NCBI GenBank assembly: GCA_963541395.1
Contig: CAUTSQ010000001.1
Span: forward strand, 1-57,239
DNA: 57,239 bases
Direction of reading: 5' to 3'
From: an uncultured Candidatus Saccharibacteria bacterium
Lineage (GTDB): Bacteria; Patescibacteriota; Saccharimonadia; Saccharimonadales; Saccharimonadaceae
A program made the translations under genes and the position numbers. This document shows, piece by piece, positions 52,517-57,239 of this stretch. The notes under the pieces were generated by a model. The model did not search any database. It was not told the DNA's origin and saw nothing but the letters and a program-made list of their open reading frames with translations. The first letter of the stretch is position 1; each line of letters starts with the position of its first letter.

Positions 52517-54142
52517 TTAAATCACCCGCGCTATCTCCTCGAGCGTGGTTTCGCCGCGCAAGGCCGCCAGCACGCCGACCTGCTCGAGCGTTAGCATACC
52601 TTCGTTTCGAGCGGTTTCTTCGATCGTCTCGGGGTGAACATCTTGGACATCACCGCGGATAAACTTCTGGATTTCATCAGTGACAACCAGCTGTTCCATG
52701 ATAACCACCCGGCCTTTGTAGCCAAACGGCGCATCTTCGCTAGGCACGGGGCGCCATAGCTTGAAATTATCCAGATCAGGCTTCTCGACATCATGCGGCA
52801 GCTTTTCGAGCACGCGCTGGACGTATTTACGTGTTGCTTCATCGGGTTCGTACGCTTCCTTGGTGTGATCGACTAAACGCCGCACCAAACGTTGAGCAAT
52901 CAACAAGCGGATAGCGCTTGAAAAGATCGGATTAACTCCAATCATATCAATCATACGGCTAAAGGCTGTACTGGTAGTATTGGCGTGAAAGCTCGATAAC
53001 ACCAAGTGGCCGGTGATTGACGCTTGAATAGCCGTGCGCGCCGTATCGACATCACGGATCTCGCCAACCATCACCACATCCGGGTCGAGACGCAAAACAC
53101 TGCGCAAACCATCAGCGAAACTCTGCCCGTGCGTCGTGTCGATCGGGATTTGCGACATGCCGCTCAGGCCATACTCAATCGGATCCTCGAGTGTAATCAG
53201 CTTGCGGTCGGTGGTATTCAACGCGTTGAGCATACTATAAAGCGTCGTCGACTTACCCGAGCCAGTCGGCCCGACCATCAGCACCAGACCGCGCGGGTGG
53301 CTGACAACTTCGTCGATTTCCTTGCGCTGGCGCGGCGGAATACCCAGCAAGTCCAAGTTCAACAATGATTCATCAAAATTAAACAAACGCAGCACTGCAT
53401 CTTGCCCGTACAACGTCGGCACAGTCTCAACGCGTAGGTTCAATAGATGCGTGCCTTGGTCGGTAGTGATTTCCATCTGCATATGGCCGGATTGCGACTC
53501 CATAGCTGCACTACTAACGCCAGCACGGCTAGCTAGCTCGCCCATAATAATCCGGTAGCGCGAACGTTCTAGCTGCGCCACCGGGTGCAGCGCGCCGTCG
53601 ACGCGCATGCGTACGCGGATAGAATCGCGCTCGTTTTCAATGTGAATATCGCTAGCGCCAAGCCTGTCCGCCTGCTTGATCAGGAAATCAAACAATTCCT
53701 CACTTGATACTAGATTCAACGTCTGGCTAACTTGAGCGATGGTGTTGCTATCGCCCTCTTTAGCAATCTCGATATCATCGTAAGCAGTGCGCTGCGGCGG
53801 ATCGTAACGCAGCATCATCGCCCGGTAGCCGCTGGCGCTGATCAGCAAAAACTGCAATTTGTCGCCGCGATCTTGATACTCGCGCTTGATCTTCTGCAAA
53901 ATAGATTGCGGCGTTTGCGAGGTTACGCCGATTTGGTACATCACTTCGTTGCCGCCCTTGGCTAGCGGCACGATGCGGTATTGGTGCATTTTCTCGATCG
54001 GAATCATGCCAGGGACTAGCGGTAGCGTATCCTCTAGATTGCGCATATCAACATACGGCAAACCCAAAATAGTCGCCCGCTGGCGGGTAGCTTTTTCGTC
54101 TTGTTCGCGCCGACGGCGCTGGACTTCTTCTTCATCCATCAC
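52517..54142 (-). CDS. pilB: Type IV pilus assembly ATPase PilB / GspE family
   Basis: ASDIHIE, GPTGSGKSTTLY, LEDPIE, LRLDPDVVMVGEIRD, TGHLVLSSFH, GYKGR. Confidence 0.9.
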   Translation of the reverse strand: MMDEEEVQRRRREQDEKATRQRATILGLPYVDMRNLEDTLPLVPGMIPIEKMHQYRIVPLAKGGNEVMYQIGVTSQTPQSILQKIKREYQDRGDKLQFLLISASGYRAMMLRYDPPQRTAYDDIEIAKEGDSNTIAQVSQTLNLVSSEELFDFLIKQADRLGASDIHIENERDSIRVRMRVDGALHPVAQLERSRYRIIMGELASRAGVSSAAMESQSGHMQMEITTDQGTHLLNLRVETVPTLYGQDAVLRLFNFDESLLNLDLLGIPPRQRKEIDEVVSHPRGLVLMVGPTGSGKSTTLYSMLNALNTTDRKLITLEDPIEYGLSGMSQIPIDTTHGQSFADGLRSVLRLDPDVVMVGEIRDVDTARTAIQASITGHLVLSSFHANTTSTAFSRMIDMIGVNPIFSSAIRLLIAQRLVRRLVDHTKEAYEPDEATRKYVQRVLEKLPHDVEKPDLDNFKLWRPVPSEDAPFGYKGRVVIMEQLVVTDEIQKFIRGDVQDVHPETIEETARNEGMLTLEQVGVLAALRGETTLEEIARVI

Positions 54143-54191
54143 CTTTATTTTAGCAAAAAGCTTGCGCTAAAAACAATGCTACAATAGAATT

Positions 54192-54752
54192 ATGCCAAAA
54201 ATCGTCGTCATCGCCCACAACATCCGCTCGACTTTCAATGTCGGGTCGATTTTTCGTACCAGCGAGGGGTTCGGCGTCGAAAAGCTAATTTTGAGTGGCT
54301 ATACGCCCTACCCAGATTTGAGTTTGTGCCGCGAAGCGCCAAATTGCGCGCTAATCGACGGTGAAATCGCGCGAGACGACCAGCGCCTGCCGCACATTCG
54401 TCAGAAAATCACCCAGCAAATTCACAAAACTGCGCTCGGCGCCGAGAGTTTGGTGCCGTTTGAGTATCACGAAGCACCGCCGCTAGACGAACTGCGGCAG
54501 CTGGGCTACCGTATCGCCGCTCTAGAACAAGCCGCCAATAGTACCAATCTGCGCGATTATTCGGCGCCAGACTGCATCGCGTTGCTGCTAGGCGAGGAAG
54601 TCAACGGTATCGCGCCCGAATGGCTGGCTTTGGCTGACGATATTATTGAGATTCCGATGTTCGGGCAAAAAGAATCGTTCAACGTGTCGGTAGCGGCCGG
54701 AATCGCGCTGTACGAGCTGGTAGCGAGCGGCAAAACCGCCAAAAATGCCTAA
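54192..54752 (+). CDS. TrmH/SpoU family RNA methyltransferase
   Basis: NIRSTFNVGSIFRT, LGEEVNG, IPMFGQKESFNVSVA. Confidence 0.92.
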   Translation: MPKIVVIAHNIRSTFNVGSIFRTSEGFGVEKLILSGYTPYPDLSLCREAPNCALIDGEIARDDQRLPHIRQKITQQIHKTALGAESLVPFEYHEAPPLDELRQLGYRIAALEQAANSTNLRDYSAPDCIALLLGEEVNGIAPEWLALADDIIEIPMFGQKESFNVSVAAGIALYELVASGKTAKNA

Positions 54753-54773
54753 AATTTGCAAATTTTACGAAAT

Positions 54774-55410
54774 AATTGCAAAAAGTATTGACTTCGCAGT
54801 CCATATGTGATATATATATATATTAGCTTTTCGCTCAAGTTTTCCACAAAAAAGGGCGTGAAGTTGCCCTTTTACTTGAGCGTGATTTCCTGAGGAGGAA
54901 TCATGAAGCGCTTTGTTGTTCGTGTCGCCCTTGAATTCGTGGCCATTGCGACCGCGGCCATTGTGGCCGCCCAGCTCGTCAAGTCGGGACACCCCGCCGT
55001 CGGCTTGGGGATCCTTGCCATCTACGGGATGATCGGCTTGTATAGACTGGGCGTTGAGAAGATCAATGCCCAGTACGAGAGGAATATCAAGGAGGCGAGG
55101 ATACGCCGCCTTGAGGCCGATTTGTCTGTCAAGGAGGCGCAGACGCGCCGCCTTGAGGCAGTACTCGTCGACGCCGCGACGAAGGCCTCGTGGGTCTCGG
55201 ATGTCAAAATCCGGGACAACAAGGCCGTCTATAAGATCGACGCGCCCGGCCGCGGGCGCATTGTCATCTATCTCCCCGCTACGGAGGAGGACGCCAAGAC
55301 CAACGACGCCCCCGTGGCGTCCAACAAGGGCTGACGCCCGCTAGAAAATAGCCCGCCTAGAGGCCACCAGCCTCGGCGCAAGGCCTTTCTGGCGGGCTAT
55401 TTTCTTTGGT
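54774..55410 (+). other. Framed expression cassette C
   Basis: Same promoter, leader and terminator frame as cassettes A and B. Confidence 0.85.
54903..55334 (+). CDS. Cassette C payload: 143-aa protein with two TM helices and a coiled coil, ends KG
   Basis: GAGGAGG SD, ends AAG GGC TGA. Confidence 0.78.
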   Translation: MKRFVVRVALEFVAIATAAIVAAQLVKSGHPAVGLGILAIYGMIGLYRLGVEKINAQYERNIKEARIRRLEADLSVKEAQTRRLEAVLVDAATKASWVSDVKIRDNKAVYKIDAPGRGRIVIYLPATEEDAKTNDAPVASNKG

Positions 55411-55430
55411 CAAAATTATCTCACCCTAAG

Positions 55431-57239
55431 TTATTTCACCTTGACGCATTCTTCGCCCAATAGTTCGGCCAGGCCAGCGCACAAGTTGCGCTGAGCATCG
55501 ACCCGAAACGGCAGACGGATAGCATTGGACTTATCTTCGCCCAAAATCATAATAATGTCATTATGACCGGGGTTTTGGCTGCACAGTTTCTTGAGCGAGA
55601 CTAGCAAGTCGCGGTCGCTCGGATTCTTGACCTTGACATAGACAGTTTCCAGCTTTTCTAGCGGCTTGACGATAATTGCTGGCGCCGCTTTGGCGCTGGC
55701 TGCAGCCGTCACAGCTGGCGCACCGTTAGCGTTTTTGCGCGGATAACGCTTGCTTTTGACGGCCGCGCGGCCTTTCGGCGCCGTCATTTTACGGCCGTGG
55801 CTTTGGTATTCGTTGAGTTCTTTGTCGGTGACGATATTGACTTCGTCGGCAATGACTTTGGCTTCATCAGTCATGTTGCCGTCGCGGTCGCGGGCGTTAA
55901 CAGTACCGCTAACTTTCAGCACGGCGTCTTGCTGCAGGCTGTCGCCTAGCTGTTCGTACAATCTCGGGAAGACAATCAGCTCCATTTCGCTAGTTTTGTC
56001 CTCGATACCGACAAACGCCATTTTGGTGCCAGCCTTGGTGACGATAGTGCGAATCGTCGATACCAAGCCGCCGACCGATACTTTCTGCCCATCAATTTGC
56101 GGCGTACAGGCATGCAGCGGAATGGTCTGCTCCTCGAAAAAGGCATCATAATTATCTAATGGATGCGCGCTAATGTAAAGGCCCAGTAATTCGCGCTCCC
56201 ACATCAGCTGTTCTTTGCTGGTGTATTTGACCGGCGAGGCCTTCAGCTCGACCGACGGCATCAATTTGTCGCCGCCGAGCGCCGCGAACATATCAACTTG
56301 CCCGCTGAGCGCTTCCTTTTGTAGCTTGCTAGCAAAAGCCAAAATCGTATCGAGATTAAATAGCAAATCGCTGCGATCACCCAGCGCGTCGAAAGCGCCG
56401 GCTTTGACCAGCGATTCCCAAGCTTTGCGATTAACTTTGCTGGTACTGACACGTTTGGCAAAATCCTCGACCGACTTGAACGGACCGTCGGCCTCGCGAG
56501 CGCGGATAATCTCTTCGACTGCACCGACGCCGACGCCTTTGACCGCTGCCATGCCGAAACGGACTTGCTTGGCAGCCGGCACCACGCCGAACTCAACATA
56601 AGATTGATTAACATCTGGCGCCAGAACCTCTAAGCCCATATGCTTGCACTCGGTAATTTCAATCGCCAGGCGGTCGATATCGTCATGATCGCTGGTCATT
56701 AGCGCCGCCATGAAAGCATCCGGATAATGCGCTTTCAGATAGGCCGTCCAATAAGCAATCAAGCCGTAACAAGCGGCGTGCGACTTGTTAAAGCAGTAAT
56801 TAGCGAATTCCTCCAGCTGCGTCCAGAAGGTTTCCGCCATTTCGCGCGTGGCGCCGCCAACTTTGACCGCACCCTCGACGAACTCCGGCTTAACCTTTTT
56901 CATCAAGTCGATTTTTTTCTTACCGACGGCTTTACGCAGCGTATCAGCTTGACCGCCAGTAAAGCCGCACCATTCCTTAGAAATTTGCATAAATTGCTCT
57001 TGGTAGACCAGAATGCCATAGGTGTTTTCCAGCGAATTACGCATACCTTCGTGCAAGTAGGTAATCGGCTCTTCGCCATGCTTGCGGCGGATAAAGCTAT
57101 CGATAAACTGCATCGGCCCCGGGCGGTACAAAGCCACCATAGCGATGATATCCTCGAAATGCGTCGGTTTGAGCGCCCGCAGATAGCGTTTCATGCCCGC
57201 CGACTCTAACTGAAACACGCCGGTGGTGTCGCCGCGCTG
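55431..57239 (-). CDS. dnaE: DNA polymerase III alpha subunit (3' part; starts beyond the window)
   Basis: ALYRPGPM, YQEQ, FNKSHA, LKAHYP, HhH and OB-fold regions. Confidence 0.97.
   Translation of the reverse strand, partial: QRGDTTGVFQLESAGMKRYLRALKPTHFEDIIAMVALYRPGPMQFIDSFIRRKHGEEPITYLHEGMRNSLENTYGILVYQEQFMQISKEWCGFTGGQADTLRKAVGKKKIDLMKKVKPEFVEGAVKVGGATREMAETFWTQLEEFANYCFNKSHAACYGLIAYWTAYLKAHYPDAFMAALMTSDHDDIDRLAIEITECKHMGLEVLAPDVNQSYVEFGVVPAAKQVRFGMAAVKGVGVGAVEEIIRAREADGPFKSVEDFAKRVSTSKVNRKAWESLVKAGAFDALGDRSDLLFNLDTILAFASKLQKEALSGQVDMFAALGGDKLMPSVELKASPVKYTSKEQLMWERELLGLYISAHPLDNYDAFFEEQTIPLHACTPQIDGQKVSVGGLVSTIRTIVTKAGTKMAFVGIEDKTSEMELIVFPRLYEQLGDSLQQDAVLKVSGTVNARDRDGNMTDEAKVIADEVNIVTDKELNEYQSHGRKMTAPKGRAAVKSKRYPRKNANGAPAVTAAASAKAAPAIIVKPLEKLETVYVKVKNPSDRDLLVSLKKLCSQNPGHNDIIMILGEDKSNAIRLPFRVDAQRNLCAGLAELLGEECVKVK

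Overview
Core-genome window of a reduced, host-associated bacterium. Gene content and protein style point to Saccharibacteria (TM7, CPR); this is an inference, not a database result. The backbone is housekeeping: rpsL-rpsG-fusA-(membrane gene)-tuf, rpoBC, clpP, tig, a degenerate HisRS paralog, two tRNA-Leu, rsmD, recG, tyrS, a class A PBP, clpC-radA-PIN/TRAM, nusA, tgt plus a queuosine-precursor transporter, pepN, an rnhB-yraN fusion, rplS, malic enzyme, a PilB/GspE ATPase, a TrmH methylase and partial dnaE. The most striking signal is a dispersed family of self-contained expression cassettes between conserved genes. Three of them (27.3, 46.6, 54.8 kb) share a promoter, a covarying 5' leader hairpin, an SD, a terminal AAG-GGC-stop and a terminator ending in an identical 20-mer, but carry apparently unrelated GC-rich membrane-protein ORFs. 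Several more orphan genes share parts of this frame. Other observations: most backbone genes look leaderless; identical CIRCE operators sit on the -35 boxes of clpP and clpC; both Zn sites of RpoC and the tetracysteine of PilB are lost; recG carries an in-frame palindromic insertion; and a ~100-bp degenerate tandem repeat copies the 5' end of tRNA-Leu(CAG). No CRISPR array, integrase, transposase or reverse transcriptase was seen.
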